Source: Macrostomum lignano (lineage: Eukaryota). From it: a DNA stretch of 64,000 nucleotides. Positions within the stretch are counted from its first letter, which is position 1. Each line of letters begins with the position of its first letter. Made by a program: the position numbers and the translations under genes. The stretch lies in the NCBI GenBank assembly GCA_002269645.1, contig NIVC01000102.1, forward strand, positions 701,950 through 765,949, in the 5' to 3' direction. The notes under the pieces are model-generated. The model did no database searches. It saw nothing but the letters and a program-made list of their open reading frames with translations, and had not been told where the DNA came from. Shown in pieces: positions 37,950-49,200 of the stretch.

Positions 37950-39961
37950 GGGCCCGTTCTATAAAACTTTCGTAAGTTCCGTCGTACGATCCAACTTACG
38001 CACGAGAGTTAAGCACCGTCTCAGAACGTTCTTAAGTGCGTTCGGTGAAACTTTCGCAGATGCGTCGTAACTTACGCAGTGGCTGAGATCAAACTTAGAA
38101 TTCATGACAGACTTTTTCCTCCGCCAGTGGTCTTTTTGAAACTGATTTTACCGTAATTGGAAAAACTCACGTTGCACTAGTAAATTAAAGTAAGACAAAA
38201 TCATCCTCATTTATCCATTACAAGCAATAGGAGCCATGGCAATTTTGTCACTGGTCGATTCCACTGTTGTATTTATCCACATCGGAAAACATTCCAACCG
38301 GGGTACCTTATTTATGCGCTATACAAATACGGCCCCTAGCGAATTCCTTAATTACGCTCCTAGTGTCATTTTGATACATCATATGTCATTAAAATTAAGC
38401 TGTTGACTGCTCTCATTACCCCGGTTTTTCTTTTCTATCGTCAGTCTTTCCTGCTCAACGCGTAGACGTTCCGTCTCGATCTTCAGCCTCTCTCTCTAGA
38501 CAAACAATCTGTCGTTTTCAACTTCCAATCGAGCTTCCTCCACCAGCTTCCTCCACCCGAAGACGTTTTATTTCTAAGCTTTCGATCAGCCCAAGTTTGC
38601 TCTGCTTTCACTGACGCTTCGTGTTCTTGGCAGCGGGGTTAGCAACAGACTCTTCACTTTCTTCGTCGTAAGCTGTCTCGTACTCAGGCGATGCGCTTCT
38701 GCCAACTGCTCCGGCAGATTTATCAGCAGGCGCACTTGCGATATCAATGTACTTGGCCGCCGAGATTGATGCTGCACTATTGGATTTAGGCAGCTGCAGC
38801 GTGTCAACACCACGTGGCACGCCTTCCACGGCCTGTTTTTGGATGGACTGCGCCGCCTTCTCCTCTAAACTCGACAGCTGTGGGGCCTGCGATGGACCGC
38901 CTCCTGTCTTAGCTTGCTCCTTGCGGATGCTGGCTACTTTGTGCTTCAGTTGACTCTTGAAGTCGGACCACCGCTTTCGGCAGTTCTCTGATGGGACTGT
39001 CGCTGGCTTTTTGTTTGGAGATGCGGGCTACCCATTCCGACCGTTTTTGATGACGCCATTTAGGGATCCACAAGCTAATTCTGAGAAAAATTTCAAGAAA
39101 AACGCGCATGACAATCGAGATGGCGTTCGGTGTTTTGAAAGCGAGATTTAAAACAGCTCGATCACAGCAGAGGAGCTTTACAGTTCAATCCGAGTAAGGT
39201 GTGCAACATCATTGTTGCATGCTGCGTGCTCCACAATTTCGCCGTGGCCAGAGCCATTCCACTTCCACCTGAACATCAGCCGCTAAAGTCATGGAAGCTA
39301 CTGCTGAAAATGAAGCCGCACTGGCTGAAGACACCGCTGCTGGTCGAGCAGAAAGGCAGCGGATCATGGAGCTACTCCCATCGTGACTGGCTTAAGCACA
39401 ATTGATGTTTCTTAATTGCTACTCAAACTTTAAATTAACAATTTTCTCTATTGTTTGATTTTTTCAGTCTTTAAACTTATTCAAATATACAGTAAAATAC
39501 GAAGTTTTTGACTGAATGAAGTCGGCGCTGTGCATTTTCACAACTAAAGAGTGACTTACGACAGGTCCGACCTGTCTTAGATTTACGGCGGAACTTAAGA
39601 AGCCGAAGTGACTTACGAAAGTTTCACCGAACGCAAATTTCCGCGTGCGCGATGACTTAAGAAGCTTCTTAAATCTAAGAACGGTCCTAAGATACTGTAA
39701 ACTGAGAGAAGGCGAGAGTTAAGCGAGACCAAAAACACACGAAGTGGCTAAAGCCACGCGCAACGATTTATATATTTGCAATGTACATCAATCAATGTAC
39801 ATCGCGATTATTTGCAGATGAATAACTCCGACCCAATAACAACCACACAACAGCGAAAACATTCACGCCTCTTACAATACGATGGTTTCACCGAAAATTT
39901 TACGACACGGCGCCAACGTAAGTTCGAACTTAAGGATACGGAAGCTTTATAGAACGGGCCC
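37950..39961. mobile_element. PIF/Harbinger DNA transposon, internally deleted (2.0 kb)
   Basis: Perfect 16-bp TIRs GGGCCCGTTCTATAAA (37950-37965 and 39946-39961) and a 3-bp duplication AGG. Transposase remnant on + (GDAGYPFRPFLMTPFRDP; CNIIVACCVLHNF; about 38990-39300). Myb/SANT-like remnant on - (CRKRWSDFKSQLKHK...KTGGGP; about 38400-38990). Confidence 0.9.
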
Positions 39962-40465
39962 AGGGGCTCCCACCAAGCGACAGGGGCGCCCACCAAGAGA
40001 CTCCGGTGTGGAGAATAAGGAGCACTTTATCTGTGACTGCTCATCCTCAGCTCAGGCCAGGCTCACCTACCTCGGGACCAAACTCGAACCTTTTCAGGCC
40101 CGAGAGTTTCTGCCAGCTCTTCGGCTACCTACCTAAGGCTACCGAGCGAGCGGCCATTCACCTCCTAGACTCTTCGAAGGCGCACCGCTGCGGACACCAG
40201 CACCACCGGATCTCTTTGCGCAGCACCATCTGCCCGTGGTCGCTAAGGCTTAAGTCAACATGGTGTGGCAATCACATCTGGGAGTTGAAATTTTCCACCA
40301 ATAAGAAATTCTCCGATGAGCTAGCCCATGATTGGTCAGGAAAAAGCAAATATAATCGGTTTGTTGTTGGAAATTTTCAAGTTATAGGCGATTTGCATCG
40401 TTTGTAGTTATTCCTTTGACAAATTTAGAAAAAACCCAGCAGGCTACTGACAGCTACGAGCAAAA

Positions 40466-41206
40466 ATGGTCAGCGCATCGAACATTGCGGCCTGGATAAG
40501 TCTTGTACTCGGCCTCACTACCGCCAGCCAGCAGGTGTACAACCTCATTGACGGCAGCCTCTGCATCAACAACGCGTTTATAGATTCCTACCCAACCGAA
40601 GTCAGCAGCGTTGCGTGCGCCGCTCTGTGCTCCCGGAAGCTGCGCTGTCAGGCGTTCAGCCTGGCTGACGGTCCGTGCCAGCTGTTCGTGTTCGACAAGT
40701 GCAGCAAGTCGGTGAGGAGCTGCGGCTGCTCCAGGAGAGGCCGGGTGTTCGTCAAGCAGCGGCCGGGACTCGAGGCGGGCGCGCTGTGTCCGTCTGGCTA
40801 CGGCATGGACCTGTGCGGGGTAAAGTACAGGCTGTACTCTGGCATCGGGACGTGGTGGCCGAGCAGGCAGAAGTGCGAGTCGGAGAGCGGTCTGGTCATC
40901 ATGGCCGACGTGACCAGCGCCCAGGAGATGAGCCACGTAGACTGGATCTTCACCAGCAATAGTAATTCGAGGTTCTGGCTTGGAGGCCGCCAGTCAGCAG
41001 GCAGTGCCGAGCCTCTGGGCGGTTGGTACTGGGTCGGCTGCAACACCAGCGTTGGCAACTTCTGGGCCAGTGGCCAGCCCGACAACTACGGTGGCGGAGA
41101 AAATGCAGTTACAAAATTCCACAACATCATGGGTCTCTCGGATGTCGGTGGCAGGTACTTTGCTGTTTCCAAAGTTCTGTGCGAATGCCTGTCACCTTTT
41201 GCTTGA
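40466..41206 (+). CDS. Secreted PAN/apple + C-type lectin domain protein, copy 4 (246 aa)
   Basis: Same architecture as copy 1; QPD in the sugar-binding loop. Confidence 0.85.
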   Translation: MVSASNIAAWISLVLGLTTASQQVYNLIDGSLCINNAFIDSYPTEVSSVACAALCSRKLRCQAFSLADGPCQLFVFDKCSKSVRSCGCSRRGRVFVKQRPGLEAGALCPSGYGMDLCGVKYRLYSGIGTWWPSRQKCESESGLVIMADVTSAQEMSHVDWIFTSNSNSRFWLGGRQSAGSAEPLGGWYWVGCNTSVGNFWASGQPDNYGGGENAVTKFHNIMGLSDVGGRYFAVSKVLCECLSPFA

Positions 41207-43759
41207 GAAACTGCAGGCAGCGTCAGACAGGAGGAACCATGGATGAAGAGATTTAATCGCAAAATTATATTTCTTATGCTATCAAAGAGACTGTCAATAA
41301 CCGTGTATAAGTGTCTAAACTGTTTATACAAACATCCCCTCTGCTCTTCTGTAGATCTCGGGCTTGTTTGTTTTAACAAATCTACGAGTATTTTATATTT
41401 TTCACCTAATTTTATTACGATGTAGAAAAAAGACAAATCTATAATACGAGCGCTCAAAAGTTTTTTATCACTTTACATAGAATTTGTTACTATTGTAGAC
41501 AAAGTCAGAATGCAAAATTCTACAGGTTTCTACAGGTTACTCTACAGGTTCTACAGTGCTACAGGTTTTTAGACTTTATGCCGCTGTTCATTAGCTAGGC
41601 TTTTGCTTTCGATTTTTAACCAAACCTTCTCTGAAAAAACAAAGTTGTTCTTATCCAAAATCTGTTTGAGCCTTTTATATATATTTGACACTGGTTATAC
41701 TCTGTTGCTTTAAACATTTTCCATCAAAAGTTTCTTGCCACCTAGGATTCAGGCTTCATTGTAGACCGATGTCAGTGAATCTAGCTATTGTCTGTTCGTT
41801 CTATCAAATCTAGTTTGAATTTATTACCCAGTTTTATAATGACACGATAGACAGTACCTATACATACGTGTAATTTTGCAAAAGCACAAATCTTTGATAC
41901 GAGCGTTCAATAGTTTACTTTGTCACTATTGTCGAGCATTAAGTCAAAATAAAAAATGAAACCTTTATTCTGCAGTTTATTAACCAAACTTTCACTTTGA
42001 CTTTTAACCAAACATGAAAATCAAAACTTTTAGTGGTAAATTTTAATAAAATTCAGTTCGAGCTACATGTATTTATACATATTTGGCCAAAGTTATACTT
42101 AAAATCTGATGCATAGACAGTTTCCATCAAGTTACTTGTCAAAAGTTCATCCGGTTAAAGGCCTTGTGAAGAACCTGCGAAAAAGAATTCGCGCAACACA
42201 TTTCATACGATCTAATGTCCCTCACAACCCTTTTCTAGTGATATAACTTCTTCTACATGTAGTTCTAATGAATTCCGCTGTCTTCTTCTAGTTCTAACGG
42301 ATTCTGCTGTGCTCTTGAGACCTTAAAACCTAGATGGCGGTCGGTGATATGCTTCTTTGTCTCAACTTTGTCGTTAATTCAGGTAAATGATAGGACTTCA
42401 GTTTGTGAATTAGGTTCTTTAAAAGCGAGGAAGAAATAGGTGAAATACACCAAATTTCATCCCCTGCCGTCGATGGGGTGAGTTGGATGTAGCGTGGTTA
42501 ACGACGGCAAGTTTTACACAAACAGCACATGCAATAAGATTAGCATTCAACACGCGAGTTGCTACGGGGGCGAGGGTGAGGCGCTTAGACTCATCAGTTT
42601 ACTCTGTTTGAGTTGGAGTATTTGGGGGAAGTCAGTCCTGAGTTCTTTCACTGTCCTCTTGTGCGGCCCGGTCCGCGCGTCTATCCCTCGGTTGCTACGC
42701 TCCTCGGGGGTGGCTGTCGGTCTTTGACGCCCCCGCTGGCTCCTCCTCAGGAGCGGCCCCCGTGCCGGGCTCATCTAATATTCTCCGGCCGGAGCCTGTC
42801 AGTCGCCTCATCTTTGAGCTTCAGTTAACTTTGAAATGGATGGTTGCTGCTGTAAATTTTGCCTGCGTTGATGCATTCCACTCGGGCCCCCTACTTGCTT
42901 GCTGCATTCCATTGTCTTGGCTGCCTCATTATTTATGCATGCTCAAGTTTTCTCCAGCCTCTCTTACTCCCTTGGCTTTCCTTCATTATAGGTCTACAAG
43001 CTGTTGAAATCCGCAGATTTCCAGCAGCTCCAGGAACTATTTTTGCACAGTCTCGAATCTAAAATCATCCTCAAACAAAAACTTGTTAATACCTTGTTAA
43101 TTGATAGTTAGAATAGAAGCAAAGAAAAACTTGGAGTAAGCTCGTTTTGAAAAGCATATTTCTAGAATAGAATAGAATCTGAGACTCCCAACATCGAGAA
43201 ATCGAGAAAATAAAGGTACTGTTTAGGTATTCAAGAGAAAGTCGGAGAAACAATGCGAGACAATGGCAAATCCGATAGGGAACACATTTGAGGAGTGGTG
43301 TAGTAATATTTAGTATTGAAACTGTCAATTTCTTAGAAAATCAAAGCCAAATTTCTGGTCCGGTTTGGGAAGGTTAATTGAGGCTTGCTTCAGAGGGTTC
43401 GCAACAAATAGTTCAACCAAATGTCCTTGATTTTTGTGTTCTGGGGTTGGTCCATTGTGGCAAGAAAGTTTTGAAAAGTTAATGAGCAAGAAAACAAATA
43501 AAATGGGGAACTTCGTAATTCTGATAAATGTAGCTCGTAAAACTTAGAAATAGAAAATGTTCTATCATATAGTCCAGTTGTAATAACTTTCACACATGTT
43601 TATCGCAGTGCCTGAGGATACACCAAATTCCTCCCCCGAGTTGAGCATAGCTGAAGAGGCCAGCTGGAGTTCGAACGCGTGAGCATGCAACATAAAGTTG
43701 AACATGCGAGAAGCAGAGTGACTTCAAGTTGATTCCGGCCACCTGTTTCCGGTCCGAAA

Positions 43760-44238
43760 GAGTATTAAGAATTCTCGGAATAAACAGACTGCCCTTTGCC
43801 GGATCCTGTCACTGTCACGACTGTTGCCTCAATCACATTCGGAAAGAGTTGCTTGATGATTAGCCTGGTGCCGTTACACAGCTTTGGGGAATTTAAATTG
43901 CGCAGTAGCATAACTGGTGCACCCACTTTTAACTGGAGGTTGTGCGATGGCGTTCCAGGAGGCTCTGGAGAGTTCAAGAACTCAATGGGAAACTCCACAG
44001 CATTGTCAGCAGTCATTGTTGTGTCAATTGACTTGTAGCTGTTGGTATTGCCAGGCATCTCCTTGAGCAGCTGGGAGTTGATACTATTAGCTGCGTAATT
44101 CCTGGGACACAAAATGGCTCTTCAGTCAATCAATGTCAGCCAGTCAATGTCAGAAAACATGTGCAGGTTCACGTAGACCTTTGGCTTAAGCTCCTGCACA
44201 GAAGATACGATTGTACCGAATGCAGCAATTGGTGACAG
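43760..44238 (-). mobile_element. Helitron PIF1 helicase remnant, 3' part (interrupted by the LTR element)
   Basis: YKSIDT...EFLNSPEPPGTPSHNLQLKVGAPVMLLRNLNSPKLCNGTRLIIKQL. Confidence 0.9.
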
Positions 44239-45095
44239 TGTAGAGTGTTCTACCTCCCGTTAAAAAAAGGTTAAAAGAAGATAATCGTATAATGCTACTA
44301 TAAGTAAGTAAGTACACGCATGTGCGCCTAAGCTTTGAATGAATCAAGCTAACAGAAAAATATGTTACCAGAATAATACGCCATGAGCCATTTTCCCCTT
44401 TTAGCGCAACACGAGAATTGTAATGATGCTATTTTGGATCAAAAACTTGCCTATAAATACAAGCGATCTGAAGCGGTATCGGAGCCATTCTCCCCACGGA
44501 AGAGGAGCGCTCCGAAGAGGAAGCCTTAGGAGGACTTCCTGATATACCAAGTCAATCGAGACTCGGTCGAGTTGTTGCGGTAAGCCTTCCTTATTTGCGC
44601 CGTTGTGTTAGAGACGTCTCGCTCAAGTCTATTGAGACTTGAGTCCATTTGAGTCTGTTGAGACTCCTGAGTCTGTTTAGACTCCATTGGTTGCAGTCTC
44701 CAGAAGGACTGCCCCTGATAGATCTTAGAGGACTATCAGTGGTTTCCGGAGCTATACCTAGAGTGCATAGAGGCACTGCTAGAAGAAGGAGGCTTAACTT
44801 AGACCGCAGTTTGGCGCAGGGATCCCATTGTTAATTCGGAAGCTTCCCATTGGTCCGAGCGACAGAATCCGGCCGGAACTATTTGAGGAAGAAAGAAGAA
44901 TCGGACCCGATCTACAAACGAAAGTCAGAAGTGACTATACGAGAACAACTGAAGACAATCGAGAACTACTCCGAGAGATCTCCAAAGGACTCAAGGTAAT
45001 TGAATACCTTCTGTTGACTTACTGGGTTGCCTAGCTGCTGAGCTAGCAGTGATTGTTCCTTGATTATCGAAAGTCGGGTAATAAGGAACACATCA
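44239..45095 (+). repeat. 5' LTR (857 bp)
   Basis: TGTAGAG...ACATCA; TATAAATA at 44452; nearly identical to 53960-54815. Confidence 0.97.
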
Positions 45096-45097
45096 AT

Positions 45098-45108
45098 TGG
45101 TGATCTCG
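45098..45108 (+). promoter_or_regulatory. Primer-binding site, probably tRNA-Trp
   Basis: TGGTGATCTCG 2 nt after the LTR; pairs with the canonical tRNA-Trp 3' end (PBS TGGTGACCCCG) using two G-U pairs. The tRNA identity is inferred. Confidence 0.6.
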
Positions 45109-45809
45109 CCCTCTCGGCACTACTCAAACTTTGAGCAATAGCCTGGCCAAGCTATTGTACAGTGACGAAAGAGCGACTTTATTAATTTTGCGCGCACGTG
45201 TTAGAGTTAACACTTTTCAAGTCCGTACGTTTTGAAACTCGAGTAAATTTTGGTGTACAGGTTTGAGCACCTGTCAATTTTGAGTACAGTTTGAGCACGC
45301 GTGTAAATTTTTGTTTTAACGAGCTCGAGCAAGTGTGAGTTTAAAATAAACCGAAATTAAATTCATCGGTACACTGAAAACAAACCGAAAATAAAAGAAT
45401 CGTCGACGCAAAACAAACAAAAAAATAACGGAAACATTTTGCCGGCACAAAAACTAAAACAAAACCGAAATTAATTGAAACTTCGTGAAGAGCGGAGTTA
45501 ATTGACAAAAAAAGGAAAGTCAAAGAAGAGAAAAAAGCCTTTGCAAAGCAAGAAGACAAAGTCCACTTCAACTTGAAGATACACTTTGCGGGACGCCGCA
45601 TAAGTGCGAAATCAGCAAGCGAACAGAACAAGTTCATTTGAGGACAACCAGTGGCAGCAAGCCACACTGCATTCGAAGCCAGCGAATAACAAATCGACAC
45701 CACAAGACAATTCGTTACAGTTGAGGTTTATTCCGAGGCAAACACCACACTGGACGATCCGTTACAAATCGATCCAGATCTTGAACTACCGTTCTACCCT
45801 ATCAACAAC

Positions 45810-46220
45810 ATGGCGCGGCGCAATCCAACGGTACACAGAGACATCAAAGAAACGGTCGGTACTTTCTCGATGGAGAAAGATTTTAACACATTTGTCGACC
45901 ATTTTGACCTGGTATGTAGGGAATACAACCTACAAAATCCAGAAAAGGCACAGCTGCTGCCACCTCTTCTCCAAGGTACTGCGCGAGAAATTTACGGCAA
46001 GCTGGATGCAGCAACACAGCAAAATTATCCAGCACTAATCATTCAACTGCGCGCGCATTTCAACCGTTGCGGCACAAACAGATCAGTGCTGCTGCACAAG
46101 TTACATAACAGAAGGATGCAAGCAACGGAATCCTTCCTCGCCTTTGTGGACGATATCCGCCAGATAATTAAGGCACTGCATCAGCCACCGCTGCAAGCTG
46201 CGGATCAGCAGCGGAGTTAG
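45810..46220 (+). CDS. gag: Gag N-terminal (capsid-like) part; frame breaks to the long ORF near 46172-46220
   Basis: First ATG after the LTR; FSMEKDFNTFVDHFDLVC...LQGTAREIY...RRMQATESFLAFVDDIRQII is a retrotransposon Gag pattern. Confidence 0.8.
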   Translation: MARRNPTVHRDIKETVGTFSMEKDFNTFVDHFDLVCREYNLQNPEKAQLLPPLLQGTAREIYGKLDAATQQNYPALIIQLRAHFNRCGTNRSVLLHKLHNRRMQATESFLAFVDDIRQIIKALHQPPLQAADQQRS

Positions 46221-49200
46221 CCGCAAGAGAGCGACAACGATTGATGGACCGTGAACAAAACCTCATCCAACACGTAATAAACAATGCACAGCCGTCACTG
46301 CGGGATAGACTTTTGCGCGAGAACATTGAAACCGAGGAAGACCTTTTACGGTGCGGAATGCAGTGGGAAGCAAGCGCTCCACTAATGACAACCGGCAACA
46401 ATGAAGTGCAGAAACTGACACAGCAACTAAACAAGCTGATGCAACATCAAACAGCCGTTATCGCCGAACAAAAAAGACGAAACGAACAAGCCTCAGCCAG
46501 ATGTTACTACTGCGGACAAGAAGGACATTACCAGATTAATTGTCCTCATTGGTCAACAAGATACGACAAGCCACGACAGATATTCAACAATCAGAAGCCG
46601 CAGAAACCATGGCAGCAATATCAAAATCGCCAACAACAAGGCATAAGACGCTTCGGAAATGATAGACGCTTCGGAAATAATGACCGCTCCGGAAATGATG
46701 GCCGCTTCGGAAACGAAGGCCGCTTCAGAAATAATGGCTACAGGCCACGCAACGCCAGGTACGCACAAAGACAGCCAACGCAAGCAATGCCACGATACGC
46801 GAATGCCATCACGTACACACCGGAAAATGAGCAGCAGGAACAGCAAGTGTTCACAATTGACGACTTGGAAATGGACTTCACAGTCCCGGAACTTGACATC
46901 AGCTTGATCGAAAAGAAGACGACGCACGAGGACAACACTGACAACACAGAAGAGGCGAATGAAACCGAAATGATCGAATTAAAAGAGACCACCGGAGACA
47001 GCAGAGAAAACAGGAAGAAAGTAAATCACAAGAAAAGGGAGGAGACGGAGAGCGACACCGGCAACGAAGAAAAGATGAAGACTGGCAGAGAGAACAACTA
47101 TGAATCGACAACAGTGGATGACGACAAAACAAGCACAAAAGACAAAGAAATGAAGGAAGAAGAAGAATGTATAAGTTACGGCAACGATCACGACTGCGAG
47201 GTGCATGATGACACGAACGGATACCGAGCCGAAGAAGGAATGCAGGAAGAACTGAGAGCGGAAAATCTAAGCTCCGACAGCGATCAAGGCTACGAGGTAC
47301 AATGGAAAGATGAAGAAATGGAAAAAGAACAAATGAAAGAAAAGCCGAGTTCCGACAGCGACGAATGCTACGAGATCCGATACAAACGAAATGGTGAAGC
47401 CTATATTCAAACGGTCGACTACAAGGCAGAGAAAAGATACCAAACGCAATGGAGTGAAACAACGGAAACATCGGAAGAAGCTGCAGACGAAGATACTGAC
47501 ATAACCAAAGAGCAAAGCAAATCAGAAGCCTTCCACCTGAATCAGCCAATGGAACAACCGAAAGAATACGATGCGGACATGGAGGATAACGAATGGCAAT
47601 CGCAGCCAATGCCAGCAAAGACAACGGCAAGGTCCAAGAAGTGGAAAAACTGGCTATACTGGATCATCGTGATACTACTGATAGCAGTAGTCGCCAAAGC
47701 AACGGCAACGGAAAAGCCAATGATTTGTCCAACGGATGCGCATATCCAACCGATGATCTACAAGATACCAACCGACATCAAATGCAGCTACTTCAAGACA
47801 AACCAGACGAAGCCAAAGAAGATTACACTCGATCTCTACAAGGCTAACATCAAGAAGCATCGACAACATGGAATAGTGTGCTTCAGAGACAAGCACCTGG
47901 TGGAAAAAGTTTGGCGCGGACAATGGAACCGGATCCGATTTAAACAACATGAACTACATGTGTCACACGCGGAATGCCTACAATGGAACCAAACACTGTT
48001 TTCAAAGGATGGTGAACTGGAACCAGATGAGAAGGTCGGCAACGCACAGCTGTTCAGAACAAAGAATTCAGCCAACGGTCGATACATTCACTTCTTCGGA
48101 AAATGGAAAGAATATATGGCACGCAACAGCTACTTGATCAGAAATATTCCATTCTACCACAATCCTTTTGAAAAAATGGAGTCGCTACAACTGCAATTAA
48201 GCGACTGCCGATACAGCAAAGGATGGTGTCCAACGCCGATACTGCGGAATGAGGAACTATACAGCTTACCGTTGAGTCCAACATATCATCAAGACTATCG
48301 ATGGCAAATTATACGCAGAGGCGACTCACGATATGAAGAACCATCTAAGTCACGACAATACTTCTTCGCGTGGGAAGTTGAGCCGGAAATTGACTGCAAG
48401 CTTCAAAAGTATCACACAGTTGAAAGAGGTCTACTGTCAAATACGTTTTTGGCAAAGTCAGGAGACTTGGCCTTGACGTTTCAAAAGAAGCCGGTTGAAC
48501 AGGAACTCAAATGCAAGGATACGGACAAGACGCTATTCATCTCGGAGCAAGAAATACCAGTCTATGTAAAGGATGACGACAAGCGAACCTTCCTGACGAT
48601 CATAAACGGAACGTATCAACAACAAGAAAGGCAACGACGCGACATCGAACGTCCCAAACTGGTGTCAAACCGACTACTGTCAGCAAAGATAACGGCTTTG
48701 GATCACAATCTACACAACCAGTTAAACCACTTGCATCGAACACTGGTACAGCTAACTTGCAAAATGCACGCAATCAACTTAAATTATGCCAGACAAAACT
48801 ACTATGTCAACCCTACGATGACTTTTCGTAAAATCACCGGAATGACGAACGTTTTGGCAGTTCCAATATACGAGCATCTGTTGATATACAAGTGCACGCC
48901 GATACAGCACTTCAACATCTTGCCGTCAAACACGTCAACAACCTGCTACGATAAGCCAAGGATTGAAGCGTTCTACGAAGGAAAACGAATTCAAGGATTC
49001 TTGGACACGGTACACAACATCATCGTTGGCACCGCAATACCGAGACCTTGCACCACGGCAGCAAACTACTATCAACTGGACAATGCACTACACGTCATCA
49101 AAACAACTGGAACGACAGCAAACATCACAGAACCGGAAGTAATCGTCGACGAAAACTACGACATGGAGGATTTGAAGATCCGATTCAACAGAACGAAGTA

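Noticed and set aside
44591-45034. Short ORFs within the LTRs (duplicated at 54312-54755)
   Set aside because: The + strand ones lack ATG starts and none has a recognisable motif; their duplication simply reflects the LTRs.
45604-46038. 144-aa ORF overlapping the gag start
   Set aside because: Non-ATG start in an alternate frame; the Gag-like motifs are in the 45810 frame.
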